Source: Octopus sinensis (lineage: Eukaryota). From it: 64,000 nucleotides of DNA. Both the position numbers and the translations under genes were made by a program. The notes beneath the pieces are model-generated. The model made no database searches and was not told the DNA's origin. It worked only from the letters and a program-made list of their open reading frames with translations. Where the stretch lies: positions 54,820,464 through 54,884,463 of the forward strand of contig NC_043011.1 of NCBI RefSeq assembly GCF_006345805.1. Reading direction: 5' to 3'. Below are positions 38,690 to 52,696 of this stretch, piece by piece. Positions within the stretch are counted from its first letter, which is position 1. Every line of letters starts with the position of its first letter.

Positions 38690-39022
38690 CCATCCCCTCT
38701 CTCTCTCTCTCTTTCAATTTATCTATCTAGCTAGCTAGCTAGCTCCCTCTCTCTATCTATCTATCTAGCTAGCTAGCTAGCTCCCTCTCTCTCTATATCT
38801 ATCTATCTAGCTAGCTAGCTCTCTCTCTCACGCTCTATCTATCTATCTAGCTAGCTAGCTAGCTCTCTCTCTCTCTCTCTCTCACTCTATATCTATCTAG
38901 CTAGCTCTCTCTCTCTATCTATCTATCTAGCTAGCTAGCTCTCTCTCTCTATCTATCTAGCTAGCTAGCACTCTCTCTCTATATATATATCTATCTAGCT
39001 CTCTCTCTCTCTCTCTCTCTAA
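38690..39022. repeat. Higher-order compound microsatellite [(CT)n(ATCT)n(AGCT)n]x~8
   Basis: Seen directly. Confidence 0.9.
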
Positions 39023-40104
39023 CTAGCCTGTTTCTTTTCCCTAATGGCCCAACTACATTGTTCCACTACCAAGTTATCTTAGGTCAAGAAGGAACTTTGC
39101 ACCAGCCACATATCTGATCAGTGGCTCTCAATAGCTGTCCCATAGGAACCTCCAGTTGTCCTCCACATTATGTGAAACTATATCCTCCTCTTTTCTGTTA
39201 CAGTGATACGTCTCTAAATCTCTGTCCATTTTGAGGATCCTTAAGCTTCCAGACCCTTCTTTTCCACGCTGGTCATCTTCTGAGCAGCCATTTAGCTCTG
39301 ATCCTGAAGTCGCAAACTACTGACGTATATTGTGGGTAGTTATATACATATATATAAACATATATATGTATATACATATACGTATATTTTAACTTACATA
39401 TATATGTACATGTATGTTTTATACATAAGTGTGTGTATGTGTGCGTGAGTGTGTGTGTGTGTGAGTGTGTGTGTGTGTGTTGGTGTCACCTTGTTGTGAC
39501 ATCTCATGATAGTTGTAATATGATTGTCACTATTGTGGAAGCAGTGTCATTCAGTTTGCAATATTCTGTGAGGGACATGTCAGGCCATGAGAAAATGCTG
39601 GCTTGCTTGGAAAACAAACCTGCCGTGATAAATTCATGCGAGCATGGAAAAGTAGACATTAAAATAATGGTGGTGGTGATGGTGGTGGTGGTGGCGGCAG
39701 CGGCGGTGGTGGTTGTGGTGGTAGTGGTAATGATGATGATGATGATGTTAAAATGTTGGAAAAAAGAAAAACAATAGAAAATAAAACTAAGACGAGCTAT
39801 TCTATTTTGCATATCACATGACTAATTTGCATGTCCCATGACAAAAGCATAGTCATTCACTTTAACATGCAATATTGTTTGTAGGGTGGGTGAGTTTTTC
39901 TTGAATATAATCTCCATATTTACACGGTGCCGTAACTTCCTAATGCTGTCTGCTGAATTCACTTCAGATGCTATAGAATTCTCAAAGACAGACATTTACT
40001 TGTAGACACAGACACATGCACACTGTTTGTATAGTTTATTAAAAAGATGGTTTGTTTAGGAATTTTCTTTTGTATATTGTTATTAATAATGACTGACCAC
40101 TTTC

Positions 40105-40880
40105 TATTGGGTCATCCCATAAATAATGCGTTTTTTTTCAATTGCATGGACTGAAAATTGGAGGGGATGGGATAAACTACTTGCATCAACTTTCTATAAA
40201 AGCAGGTAGTAATTTTACCTTCTACTTATTCTTAGTGCAAGTTTTGAAGAGTGCAGTTCGATTTTTAATAGTTATTTTTTCAAAGCTATAATGGAAGTGA
40301 CAAAGGAGCATGTTCAGCATATTTTGCTTAATGAGTTCAATAAAGGCAACAATGCAATGGAAAATTCAAGGAATATTAATGAAGTATATGGGGATTGGAC
40401 AACAAGTGTAAGCCAGTGTCAAGGGAGGTTCCAGAAATGTTGAGCTGGAAACTACAGCCTAGAAGACAAGCCTTGTCTTGGAAGAACTGCAGAACTAGAT
40501 GGGGACATCCTGCAAACCCTGGTGGAACAAAATCCCATTGTAACTGTTGAGGAACTAGCAGAGAAGCTTGGATTTGGTCATTCAACCATTCATTGACACC
40601 TGCATGCCATCGGAATAGTCTGCAAATTGGGTCAATGAGTTCCTCACAAACTTTCTGTGTCTAATTGCATGCAAAGGGTGAATATGTGCTCTTCTTTGCC
40701 ATCACGTATCATGACCGAACCTCTCTTTGACCGAATAGTGACTGGTGATGCGAAATGGGTTCTCTATGAAAATGTCAAGCACTGAAGACAGTGGGTAGGG
40801 AAAGGAGAAACACTGGCATCCCAGGCTAAAGAAGGTTTTTCACCCACGTAAGGTGTTGTTATCTGTTTGGTGGGATATGA
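40105..40880 (+). mobile_element. Degenerate 3'-truncated mariner
   Basis: TIR TATTGGGTCATCCCATAAATAATGCG. LVEQNPIVTVEELAEKLGFGHSTIH, IVTGDAKWVLYENVK, LSVWWDMK. Confidence 0.8.
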
Positions 40881-41350
40881 AAAGTTGGATCTTTTCCTTT
40901 TGAACGGCACATGTCAACACAATTTCTAGTTAACTAAACACTTTTAAACTTCGTATACTAGTAGAATGTGTTTATAAAACATCTTTTTCTCTTGGCTTTA
41001 TTGAGAAAATTCTATATGTTGTAACATATTTCGTCTTTAATTTCGAGCATTTCGGCAATTTTAACTAATCGCTGACCTCCATTTAGGTAAATAACATTCT
41101 GTGCATAATGAATATGTCCCTCCTTTAAGAAATAGATTGGGTTTATTTACATTTGTGAAGAAAAAAAGATACCCTTCCCCAACCCCAAACCCTAACTCTA
41201 ACCCTAAATCTAAAATAGATTGAAATGCAATAGATTGATACTAGGGCCATAATTATGGGTGACATTTTCATTTGACACCGCTAGAAAAAAATCCATTTTC
41301 CGTAGCGGTGTCGTATGAAATTGTCACCCATAATTATAACCAAAATCCAC
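40879..41350. repeat. Unclassified dispersed element with CCCTAA-like motifs and a terminal 89-nt hairpin
   Basis: Shares 160 bp with 1-165. Hairpin arms at 41249-41283 and 41303-41337. Confidence 0.55.
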
Positions 41351-41859
41351 CACACAATTACAGATTATCTCTGAACTTAAACATGCATATATACATATAT
41401 ATATATATAAAGCTGAAGTTGTCTGTGTATGGCAGGTTTGGTAACCTTCAACTAACACTATCTCCTCAGAGACCCTGCAGCGCAAGTTGACCAAAATTGA
41501 GTGTATGATAGAAGAAAATAGTTCAAATTTGTTTTTTTATTAATGACACACATTCTTCTCTTTTTTCATGAAACATAATTTCCACAAAGTTACTAGGTCA
41601 GTAGCCTTCTTTTGTTGTCATTCTGTCTCATGAACAATTAAAGTTTTCTATGTAAAATCTGCAATTGAACAGACATGGAGCATGACTGCATAAAATATGC
41701 TTACAACCACACCAAGAGATTTAGCCAACAAAGAAGTGACACTATGTGCTGCAAACAACAAGTAACAAATGCACGTTCATCTAATTGTCAGTCTGGGTAA
41801 GTTTGGATTTTCAGAAAAGGAAAACAACCAACTGATTTGCGCATTACAAATATAATCTC

Positions 41860-42812
41860 ATTTCTTTACTAACCACAAGGGGCTAAACATAGAGGGGACA
41901 AACAAGGACAGACAAAGGGATTAAGTCGATTACATAGACCCCAGTGCGTAACTGGTACTCAATTTACTGACCCTGAAAGGATGAAAGGCAAAGTCGACCT
42001 CGGCGGAATTTGAACTCAGAACATAAAGACGGATGAAATACCTATTTCTTTACTAACCACAAGGGGCTAAACACAGAGGGGACAAACAAGGACATACAAA
42101 GGGATTAAGTCGATTACATAGACCCCAGTGCGTAACTGGTACTCAATTTACTGACCCTGAAAGGATGAAAGGCAAAGTCGACCTCGGCGGAATTTGAACA
42201 CAGTACGTAACAGCAGACGAAATACCTATTTCTTTACTAACCACAACGGGCTAAACACAGAAGGGACAAACAAGGACAGACAAAGGGATTAAGTCGATTA
42301 CATCAACCCCAGTGCGTAACTGGTACTCAATTTATTGACCCTGAAAGGATGAAAGGCAAAGTCGACCTCGGCGGAATTTGAACTCAGTACATAACAGCAG
42401 ACGAAATACCTATTTCTTTACTACCTACAACGGGCTAAACACAGAGGGGACAAACAAGGACAGACAAAGGGATTAAGTCGATTACACTGACCCCAGTGCA
42501 TGACTGGTACTCAATTTTTTGACCCGGAAAGGATGAAAGGCAAAGTCGACCTCTGCGAAATTTGAACTCAGTATGTAACGGCAGACAAAATACCTATTTC
42601 TTTACTACCCACAAGGGGCTAAACATAGAGGGGACAAAGGGATTAAGTCGATTACATCGATCCCAGTGCGTGACTGGTACTTAAATTAGCGACCCTAAAA
42701 GGATGAAAGGCAAAGTCTATCTCGGCAGAATTTGAACTCAGTACGTAACGGCAGAAGAAGTACCGCTAAGCATTTCGCCCGACATGCTAACGCTTCTGCC
42801 AGCTCGCCGCCT
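41860..42812 (-). repeat. SINE-B tandem array: one head plus 5 x ~184-bp units
   Basis: Unit ends at 41860, 42044, 42228, 42412 and 42596. Junction GAAATACCTATTTCTTT on +. Single head at ~42763-42812. Confidence 0.95.
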
Positions 42813-43046
42813 TTAAAATACAAATATAATCTGTAAGTGGAACAGTGAAACTATGCAAGAGTTTTCCCACATTTAAAATGTGACATTGCTTTCGTTATCC
42901 GCATTCCAAAGATGGAGGTTTGTATATTTGTGAAAAAGCAGGTGCTTCTTTATAAGAAAGAATTAAAATAATGAAAAGCAGAAAATGGACATTAAATGAT
43001 GATGATATGATGATGATGATGATGATGATGATACATGCACGCGCTT

Positions 43047-43212
43047 ACGTTCTGAGTTCAAATTCTGCCGAGGTCGACTTTGCTTTTCATCCTTTCGGGG
43101 TCGATTAAATAAGTACCAGTTACGCACTGGGGTCGATATAATCGACTTAATCCGTTTGTCTGTCCTTATCTGTCCTCTCTGTGTTTAGCCCCTTGTGGGT
43201 AGTAAAGAAATA
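43047..43212 (+). mobile_element. 5'-truncated SINE B monomer
   Basis: Body and tail ending AAAGAAATAG. Confidence 0.85.
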
Positions 43213-43331
43213 GATACATGCACGCTCGCACACACATACACAAAATTAATATAAACAGAAGTTTGCAGTCAGACAGACAGATAGATAGATTGATAGACAG
43301 ATAGACAGACAGACAGACAGACAGACTGATT

Positions 43332-43399
<68 letters not shown>

Positions 43400-44197
43400 C
43401 ACACACACATGCACACTCATACATTTTGTTTCTCCCACTTGTTTAATTATTCTCAAACTAATGTCACCAATCCTTTGGAATACCTGGGGAATACCTGGCT
43501 TCCTTAGAGGTCCACTTATTCATGCTTTCTATTCATTCATATCCTTTACTACTGACCCACCCAGAAGTGACTAAACACGAACCACCCCCCACCCTCCACA
43601 CACACACATTCTTTTGTTCTACCCTTTTAACAAAGACACAAGGATTAATACTGATTAATAAAGAGAATGACAATTCTTCACAGGTGGCACTGCTGAGGCC
43701 TGGCCAGAAATAGCTGACCTTCCTGAAACCTCATTACAATTATTTCTCTCACACAAAAAATGCTAATGTTGAAGTCATTGATGTAGCAGTTGTCATAAAA
43801 GAAGTAGCAGCAGCAGCAGCAGTAGTAGTAATTGTTCTTGTTGTGTGAGTTGTAGTGGTGGTAGGGTTCTTTCCAAACTCATCTTCTCTTGATGTACATA
43901 TCTTGCGCTAATTCAACCCTGACTGAAAAGATCTATAAGTCAAATCTCTCCAACCATGACAATTCCATTTGTTTTCTAAGACTGTTTTATTGTTACATTT
44001 TTCTACCAGTTTTTCATTTTTTTTTACCTATTTCTTTATTTAAGTAGGGTGTGATTCAATGGAAGCTTGGTTGTTATTTCCAGACAGTGCCCACCTGACC
44101 CTACTATACTGTGTAGTCAACAAAATCAAAAACAAACAATGAGTTTGCACAAAATTAAAAACATAAAATGGTAACAATTTACCCATCATATCCTGTA

Positions 44198-44323
<126 letters not shown>

Positions 44324-44740
44324 GTATATATATTCATTTGGTTGCCTCACAGTTTGTTTTTTTTGCATCACATTTTTTTTACCCATTCTTTAGTCACACT
44401 TCCCAGCTGTGGCTTTTATGATATCATTTCAAAAACCTTCTACTGTTTCTGTTATGAATAAGATATTGTAACTATAGGAAAGTATTCAAGTAGAACAGGA
44501 ATTGAAATAGATAATGTCTCTTGGTGATAAGCTTAACGTAATACTTGAAACTTTGGGAAAATCATTTCTAATCCAAAGCTTGTTGATAAAAATACTTATT
44601 TTCTCCTTTATTTATTATTGATATTAATTTCATTCAAAGAAGAAAATAAAGAAATCGTTCTAATAGTTGTTAATGTATGTATTTTTTTGATACATATAAA
44701 GAAATATATGCACACATGCATACATATATAAAATAAATGC

Positions 44741-44986
44741 GCCCTTTTAAAAACCTAGCCAGGCTCATGGGCCCGGTTTCCCGGTTTCAATGGCGTATGT
44801 GTTCCCCAGCTGGACGGGACGCCAGTCCATCGCAGCATTACTCATTTTTGCCAGCTGAGTGGACTGGAGCAACGTGAAATGAAGTGTTTTGCTCAAGAAC
44901 ATAATGCGTCGCCCGGTCCAGGAATCGAAACCACAATCTTACGATCATGATGCTGACACCCTAACCACAAAGCCACACGCCTTCAC
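44741..44986 (-). mobile_element. tRNA-derived SINE (family D)
   Basis: A/B-box head at ~44920-44986. The tail GTTCCCCAGCTGGACGGGACGCCAGTCC is shared with 58579-58859. Confidence 0.75.
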
Positions 44987-45929
44987 ACACACACATATAT
45001 TTCTCGGTCATTTATGACTTTATACACTCCTTAATATTCTCTTGTTTTGTACTGTATATTATATATGGTTTTTAGACTGTTCCATTAATGAGCTCTTTAC
45101 ATGAGTACTATCATATATTGCGACTTAAACACACACACACACACGAGTGAGTGGACAGTTGAAAGAAGGGCACTCAACCAGTTTATTGGGAGTTACGTGT
45201 ATAGATAAAAACCGTCTGCTTCAAATTCGTTGGTAATCTCAAGTTCCAAGTGTGGTGCTAGTTGTCAGCTATTTTGAATTCGAATGGCAGAATTTGATTG
45301 TTATTGCCATAAGGAGGGCTGCGATTGGTCGAAGAAGGTCACATGGTGCCGTGCTTTGATGTCGATATATGAATAACTGTTAGCTGGAAAATACTGCATG
45401 GGGAATAGGAAATAGACCACATGGAGATTAGGAAATCAGTCAGGTTGTTGCTGGGTGGAAGTAAGAAGGGACAGCACGTGCAAGTATATAGTTCCATATG
45501 TGGGTGAGTAGATGCACTCATATAGTTTTGCATGCATGTGCATATTGATGTGAGCATGTGCATCTGTACATGGGTGCACACACATGTCTGCACATGCATA
45601 CACTTGGATGAATGCACACATGCATACACACATCATATACATTTATATGTATATATGTATATCCACATGCATACCAGTGTACATGCATGCATACACATGC
45701 ACATGTACATTCACATGTGCATGCGTGTGAGTACTCATGTGCAAAACAAGCATTGGGGCTTGGTAAGCGATGAGAATTGGTAAGCGTTGGGGATTGGTAT
45801 GCGTTGGGGATTGGTATGCATTGGGGAATGGTAAATGACAGTCCTCCTCAATGGGTTGGTTGGTGGCAGTGACCTTGGTGCAAGTGGAGCAAAGTAGCTG
45901 CTGGTGCTAAGGTCGTATATCCGGGTTGT

Positions 45930-46500
45930 GACAGTCAGAGGCCTGAAATTTGCCAGAAGGGCATAACTCTGGTGACAGCAATACAATAAATCGTATTTCT
46001 TGTTGATCGATACTGTGGCTTGTTGAAGAATATGCAATTTTCATAGAGGCAGAGCTGGCAATTGGAGGTGCCAGGTGAATATGGTGGCGCTTTGTCGACA
46101 ATAGTCCGCTTGATGCTTGGTATTTTATCTCAGAAATCATGGAGTCTCCAAACAAAGCGAGACAGGGAAGTAGAATTCTCTCTGTCCCTGGATCTGAATG
46201 AGTGCATATGCTGGGAGTATCTTCCCTTGAAGTCATTAGCTGTCATACCTGTATAGTGCCGAGTAATGCCATTGTATGGTGTAAGGGTGGCTCTGTATAC
46301 TATGGCCCTTAAGAGGCAAGATCCTTCTAGAAGGCACATGGTGGTGTTTTGGAAGTTCAGGTTGGGGTTGGGGGTGGTGTGGGAGCATTTTACGTCTATT
46401 GATGCATGCAATGTCAGATGCGATGTCATCTAAGCAGGAGTAGCTTACCTTGACATTATGGGGGTTGAAGAGTTTGTAATATTTATGGCCTCTGGGGAAT
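45930..46500 (-). mobile_element. Penelope-like element GIY-YIG endonuclease fragment (Neptune-like)
   Basis: CLLEGSCLLRAIVYRAT..HYTGMTANDFKGRYSQHMHSF..STSLSRFVWRL..APPYSPGTSNCQLCL. Matches the CPLxGxC / VxY / YIG / CxLC layout of PLE endonucleases. Contains stops. Confidence 0.85.
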
Positions 46501-47369
46501 TACGAGATTTGTGATTGTTATATTTTATAATAATAAATAATGTGATTGTTTATTTTCAGAATGACATTGTAGCAGAAGTGAGGGACTGGATCTGACCAGT
46601 TTGTATATAAAACAGGTGGAATATTTTGGCCAGATATAACTGGTTTAAATGCTTAAAGGTTAAACAATGCTAATGGTAATTGTAGAGTGTAAAGTCAACA
46701 AGGTTTAGCTGTACATCCAGTTGGTTGGACAACCGCATAGAAATTCATTTGTGTCATTTAGAACCCAGAGCTGATCTTACTCTTTTGAGTGTGTATCTGT
46801 ATTTTCGGATAAATAATTTAGATGTGAAAACATTGAGAGAAAACAGCACTTGAATTTGATGTAATTAATCAGTGTCAGACAATACGAAGTTTGTTCTGAT
46901 ATCTCTTATCAGATATTCAGGAATGAAAAGGACTTATATTCGTCAACAGTTCATCTTTTTGTTCAGTGGGTCAACCTTGATTAGCAGTTTGCCTGGCTGT
47001 CAATGATAATAGTGTTAATTTTAGCAATATCATCTAGGTTACCTTCGCCCACACACATATAATTTATATATATATATATATAATACACACACATATATAA
47101 TAATAACTATATATATACATATATATATACATATAATATATATACATATATATACATATATAATACTATATATATACATATATATATATACATATATATA
47201 TATACATACATATATATATACATACATATATATATATACATACATATCTATACACACACATATTTATTACTACATATATAATACATACAATATATATATA
47301 CATACATAATATATATATATACATACATATATTATACATAATATATATATATATCTATTATATATATAG

Positions 47370-47403
<34 letters not shown>

Positions 47404-47574
47404 ACTACATACATATATACATATATACACACAACACACACATAGATATCAACAAGGGAAAGGGGGAATGAAGCAGTCCAGGGTTTCTAATAATAGGTAA
47501 AGAGTTTGAGTTAGATAACAGTGATGAGGAGTGATATCTTAAAGAGTTTTATATATATATATATATATATCTAT

Positions 47575-47720
47575 GTCATCATCGTCATTTAACGTCCATT
47601 TTCCATGCTGGCATGGGTTGGATGGCTTGATTGAAGCCGGTTAAGGGTGGGAGCCACACCAGGTTTCCATCTGCTTTGGATTGGTTTCTACAGCTCGATG
47701 CTCCTCCTGATGCCAACCAC
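47575..47720 (-). mobile_element. RTE 3' UTR copy (diverged)
   Basis: CATGCTGGCATGGGTTGG, GATGCTCCTCCTGATGCCAACC. Confidence 0.7.
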
Positions 47721-48719
47721 TTTAGAAAGTGTACTGGGTGCTCTTTCTGTGGCTGTGGAGATGAGGTGAACTGGAAGGAAGGGGCAGTGATGTCAAAACC
47801 TGAGGGGCCCCATCGGAAGAGGAAGAGAGAGTGATGAAGTGAAGAAAATAAGACCGGCATGGTCCACTTTGGCCTCAAGGCAGTGGTAGTGACCAGATAC
47901 GTGCGGACACGAGGGTGAACAGGGCTTTAGCAGTAGTTAGTAGGTGATAGGTGAGATGGATAGGGCATGTCTTGAATTTAACAGCTAGACAGCTGACACT
48001 GAGAGGAAGTGAGCCACAGTGATGGCGAATGGACGAGTGTGGACACGAGGGCAAGACAGGACTTTAGCAACAACTACCAGGCAGCAGAAAAATGGCAATG
48101 AGTGAGCTCATCACAAAATACCAGGCAGAATGTAGTGGCAATGGCAGCTGTGGAGGCCCGTGATGTTACTTGACGATCGGCAAAGAATGAGGAGAGAACT
48201 AGCAGTTAAGCCCGGTTTCACCCGGTCTGTTTGGATGGTGTGGGTGTGATCATTTTTGGTTAAGTATAATCTATAACAGCGTTTCTCAACCTTGTCATTT
48301 CGGGTCCCCTGTTTCGACTGGAGCCTCCAGCTGTATGAAAATTTCCTGACCCCCACTGCCCCTTGTCAGAAAACAGCTTCAGGAGTTGTGAAGAAAGAAT
48401 TTGTACATAGCCTGTTTCTGTCTAATCATTAAAACATTTATTTAATTATGAACATATAAAGAAATTATACATTAATCCCTATTTTTGTAAGCAGTAGTAT
48501 CCGTAAAATATATATATATGTGTGTGTATATATATACATATATTTGTATATATGTGACTATATATGTATATGTGTGTGTGTATCTGTATGTATGTATATA
48601 TGTATGTATGTATGTATCTATCTATCTATTTATCTATCTATCAACACACACATACACAGATATACCTTCCACACACACGCCTTATATATACGTGAGTTTA
48701 TGTGCGCATGAGTGTGTGT

Positions 48720-48757
<38 letters not shown>

Positions 48758-48775
48758 AAAGAGCGAGAGAGAGAT

Positions 48776-48806
<31 letters not shown>

Positions 48807-48826
48807 AAGAGAGAGAGAGAAAAAGA

Positions 48827-48860
<34 letters not shown>

Positions 48861-48866
48861 AAAAGA

Positions 48867-48900
<34 letters not shown>

Positions 48901-48906
48901 AAAAGA

Positions 48907-48996
<90 letters not shown>

Positions 48997-49649
48997 TTCA
49001 AAGTTGTATGGTGCATAGTTCAAGGTCGTTTATCATAATATTCTTGATGATTAAACGCACTTCAAGGGGAGATTTAGATTCAGTGAATGACCATGATGAT
49101 AATTTCTGTCCTGTTATCAGCATCACTGCATTGTATCCTTAATCAAGTCCTTTGATCAACAATAGCCAAGTCCACCTAGCTGTAAGGAAGCCCCATGTAC
49201 AAGATAACATTGTCAAACTGATAAGGGATTGATTTGTTTCCACTACTGACAGAAAGAAGTTACTAAGATCTATGTGTAGGGCCTCCGTTGGTAAGATCTA
49301 CTCTGATGCTAAACTGTATCGACACAAATCAGTTATCTTTCCCTTGAGTAAACACCAATGGTGTCGAGGTGGGAGACTCGCAAGTTTGGGAAATTCCTCG
49401 TGGGGAAAACAAAAATTGTGCAGGCATAGTTGGTGTGGGGTAAGAAGCTTGCTTCCTTTCATGCGTGTCAATGGACTTGGAAGAAGAGAAAAAAAAACGG
49501 GATGGCGGATCACTCGGCTCGTCCGTCGATGAAAAGCGCAGCTATCTGCATAAACTGATGCAAATTGCAGGACCCAGTGAACATCGACACCTCGAATGCA
49601 CATTGCAGCCCCAGGATCCCATTGTCCCGGGGCCCCGTTTTCAAAGTGA

Positions 49650-49790
49650 AGGCGGCGAGCTGGCAGAAACGTTAGCACGCCAGGCGAAATGCATAGCCGT
49701 ATTTCGTCTACTGCTATGTTCTGAGTTCAAATTCCGCCAAGGTCGACTTTGCCTTTCATCCTTTCAGGGTTGATTAAATAAGTACCAGTT
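49650..49790 (+). mobile_element. SINE B, 3'-truncated
   Basis: Intact head, B-box and body. Confidence 0.85.
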
Positions 49791-50361
49791 TCTTCTCCCC
49801 CTCCTCCTCCTTCTTGCTACTGTTGCTGCTGCCATTGCCTCCACCACTGCCCCACCACCTCCACTGCCTCTGTTGCCTCCACCACCTATGCTGCATCTGC
49901 ATCTGCTGCTGCTGCCACTACTATTGTTGCTGCAGCTGTTGCGACCACCACAGCCATTGTCACTCTTGCCATCCTTTTCACATCCATTTTTCCATGCTTG
50001 CATGGGTCAGACAGAATCCACTGAGGCAGATTTTTCTACGACCGGATGCCCTTCCTGTCGCCAATTCCCATTTATTTTTTAAAAAAATGAAATATTTCCC
50101 TTTAGCAAAACATTTTTCACAGAAAACTAGAAACAGCAGACATCACTTGTATGAGGGTGGCACTCGTTTGCATTAATTATGAGAAGTTCATCACAAACAT
50201 ACACACAACATACACATACACAAACAACAAGCTTCTTCGAGTTTCCATTTACCAAATCCATTCACAAGGCTTTAGTTGGCCTGTGATTATAGCAGAAGAT
50301 ATTTTCCCATGGTGCCACATGTTGGGACAGAACCCAGAACCATATGGTTGGGAAGTAAGCT

Positions 50362-51061
50362 CCTTAACCACACAACCACACTTGTGCCGATATAAGATAT
50401 TAATTAATGTCCACAATTCTTTTCAGAAAATTAGTGAAGAGTTTTGCAAATTAGGAAAATAATTTCCCCTGAAGAAATAAAGAAACAAAACAAAACAAAC
50501 TTAATAGAAAATGTTTGTGCTTGCACAGAAAGTTTACCTTCAAAGTTTATGAACAAAAATGTCAGATTATATGAAAGTGGGGATGTCCTTCATGACAAGA
50601 ATGAGATTACAGCACACGTCAGTTTCCAGTTTTACAAAATTCTCATAGAAATATTTTGGTGTCTCAGCATTTACGTTGGTCTCCAGTCTACATTGAAGTT
50701 TGGTATTTATCAAAGAACTGCTTGTAAGTTCAAGAGGCCCAGCAGAATACCTGCCATGTCAGTAACCTCGCATGGCATTGGTTAGCCTGACACACAATAG
50801 TAGAAGACACTCGCTCAAAGTGTCATTGCAGTCTGTCTGAAGCTGAGATCCAACGGTTGCAAATTGAACTTCTTAACTACAGAACAATGTCGGCATCATT
50901 ATTTCGGTTACTGAAACAAAAGCACAACAACATGACTGCATTATTTTTAATAATCTAGTCTCCCCAGTTTACAAGAGGGTACCAGGTGACTTGGCCATTG
51001 GTCTCTTGTAGAATACCTTTTGATTAGAAAATTTTTTGTACTTTCTGAGAGTTTGGTGTCT
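50362..51061 (+). repeat. Left arm of a 700-bp inverted repeat
   Basis: Reverse complement of 52697-53395, with roughly 16 differences counted by eye. Confidence 0.95.
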
Positions 51062-51349
51062 GAGTAATTTAATGTATGCACTAATTTAATGTGTATACAT
51101 ACTAGGCATGGATATACATATATACACATACATTACACACACATACACACATATATATTTACACACATGTATCATCATTATCATCTTCATCATCATCATT
51201 TAATGTCCGCCTTCCATGCTAGCATGAGTGTAATGGTTTCACAAAATCTGGCTACGCCAAAGCTTGCACCAGACTTCTGTGACTGTTTTGGCGAATGTAT
51301 ATATGTATATATATATATATGTCTATTCACTCACACACACACACACATA

Positions 51350-51906
51350 AATCATCATTTAACGTCCATTGTTCATGCTGGCATGGGATGGACAGTTTGA
51401 CTGGGCTGGCAAGCTGGAAGGCTGCACCAGACTCCAGTCTGATTTAGCATGGTTTTTTCATGGCCGGATGCCCTTCCTAATGCCAATCACTCTAAGAGTG
51501 TAATGGATGCTTTTACGTGCCACTAGCTCAGGTGCCATTTGTGTGACACCAGTGTGCATTTATGTGCCACTGGCATGAGTGCCAATTTACATGCACAACT
51601 GCATTTTGCTCAGCTTGATGGGTCTTCTTCTCAAGCATGACATAATACCAAAGGTGTTGGTCATTGCCTCCTTGAGGCTCAGCCACTTTGCCTCCATGAG
51701 ACCCAACGCTTGGAAGGAACTCAGTCACTTTGCCTCCGTCAGACCCAATATTTGAAAGGAACTCAGCCACTTTGCTTCCATGTGGCCTAATGCTTGAAAG
51801 GAATTCAGCCACTTTGTCTCCATGAGACCCAATGCTCAAAAGGAACTCGACCACTTTGTCTCTGTGTGGCCTAATGCTCAAAAGGAACTCAGCCACTTTG
51901 CCTCCA
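51350..51906 (-). mobile_element. RTE 3' end whose 5' truncation point carries 5+ tandem 42-bp repeats (51678-51906)
   Basis: Unit starts at 51678, 51720, 51762, 51804, 51846 and 51888. Confidence 0.8.
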
Positions 51907-52696
51907 TATATATATATATATATACATATATAAATACACACACACACACACACACACTCTCTCTCTCTCTCTTTCCATCTATCTCCTACATGCAAACATA
52001 TATATATCTACACACGCAAGCACTACTTCAACGTTGCTAGTACATTTTGTAAAGTCCAGCGAAATCCTCAACAGGCTGAGAGGTCTCAACTGAACTAATC
52101 TTTTAGCTTAGATGTTGTTTTCCCATAACATCCGTCTCCACTCCCAGCCATCAACTCATTAACTGAACACGTTGCCTCCTCTCACAACCTTAATTGCTTC
52201 AGGCTCATAATTGCAGATATTCACAAACTGTTGTTACCATAATGAACAACACTTCTTCCAAATCTCTGAACTGCTCACGGAGTCAAACTTGTCAGGTCTA
52301 CTGGCCATCAGTTGCACGAAGCAGTCAGAACACAGAGGCATTCAACATCTGTTACTCTTGTAGCTCTTTTACTAGGTTTTTAGTGAATAACATTTTCTTC
52401 TGCCGTCTTCTTTATGAGGAGGCCATTGAAATATATGAAAATCTTGGGCACAGGTGTAGCTGTGTGTTAAGAAGCTTGCTTGTGAACCACATGGTTCTGG
52501 GTTCAGCCTCACTGTGTGACACCGTGGGTGAGTGCCTTCTAATATAGTTGTCCCAGGCCAACCAAAATCTTGTGAGTGGATTTGATAGACAGAAACTGAA
52601 AGAGAAGTCGATTTGTTTGACTAAAGGCAGTGCTCCAGTATGACCGCAGTCAAATGACAGAAACAAATAAAAGAATACACACACACACATTAAATT

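Noticed and set aside
41171-41210. Interstitial telomeric repeat
   Set aside because: Only about five degenerate CCCTAA-like units, inside a dispersed repeat.
48630-49142. ER/LS-repeat ORFs of 113-146 aa
   Set aside because: Translation of a (GA)n tract.
49764-50176. Cys/His/Pro-rich ORFs
   Set aside because: Imperfect trinucleotide repeats joined to an RTE tail, with no recognisable domain.
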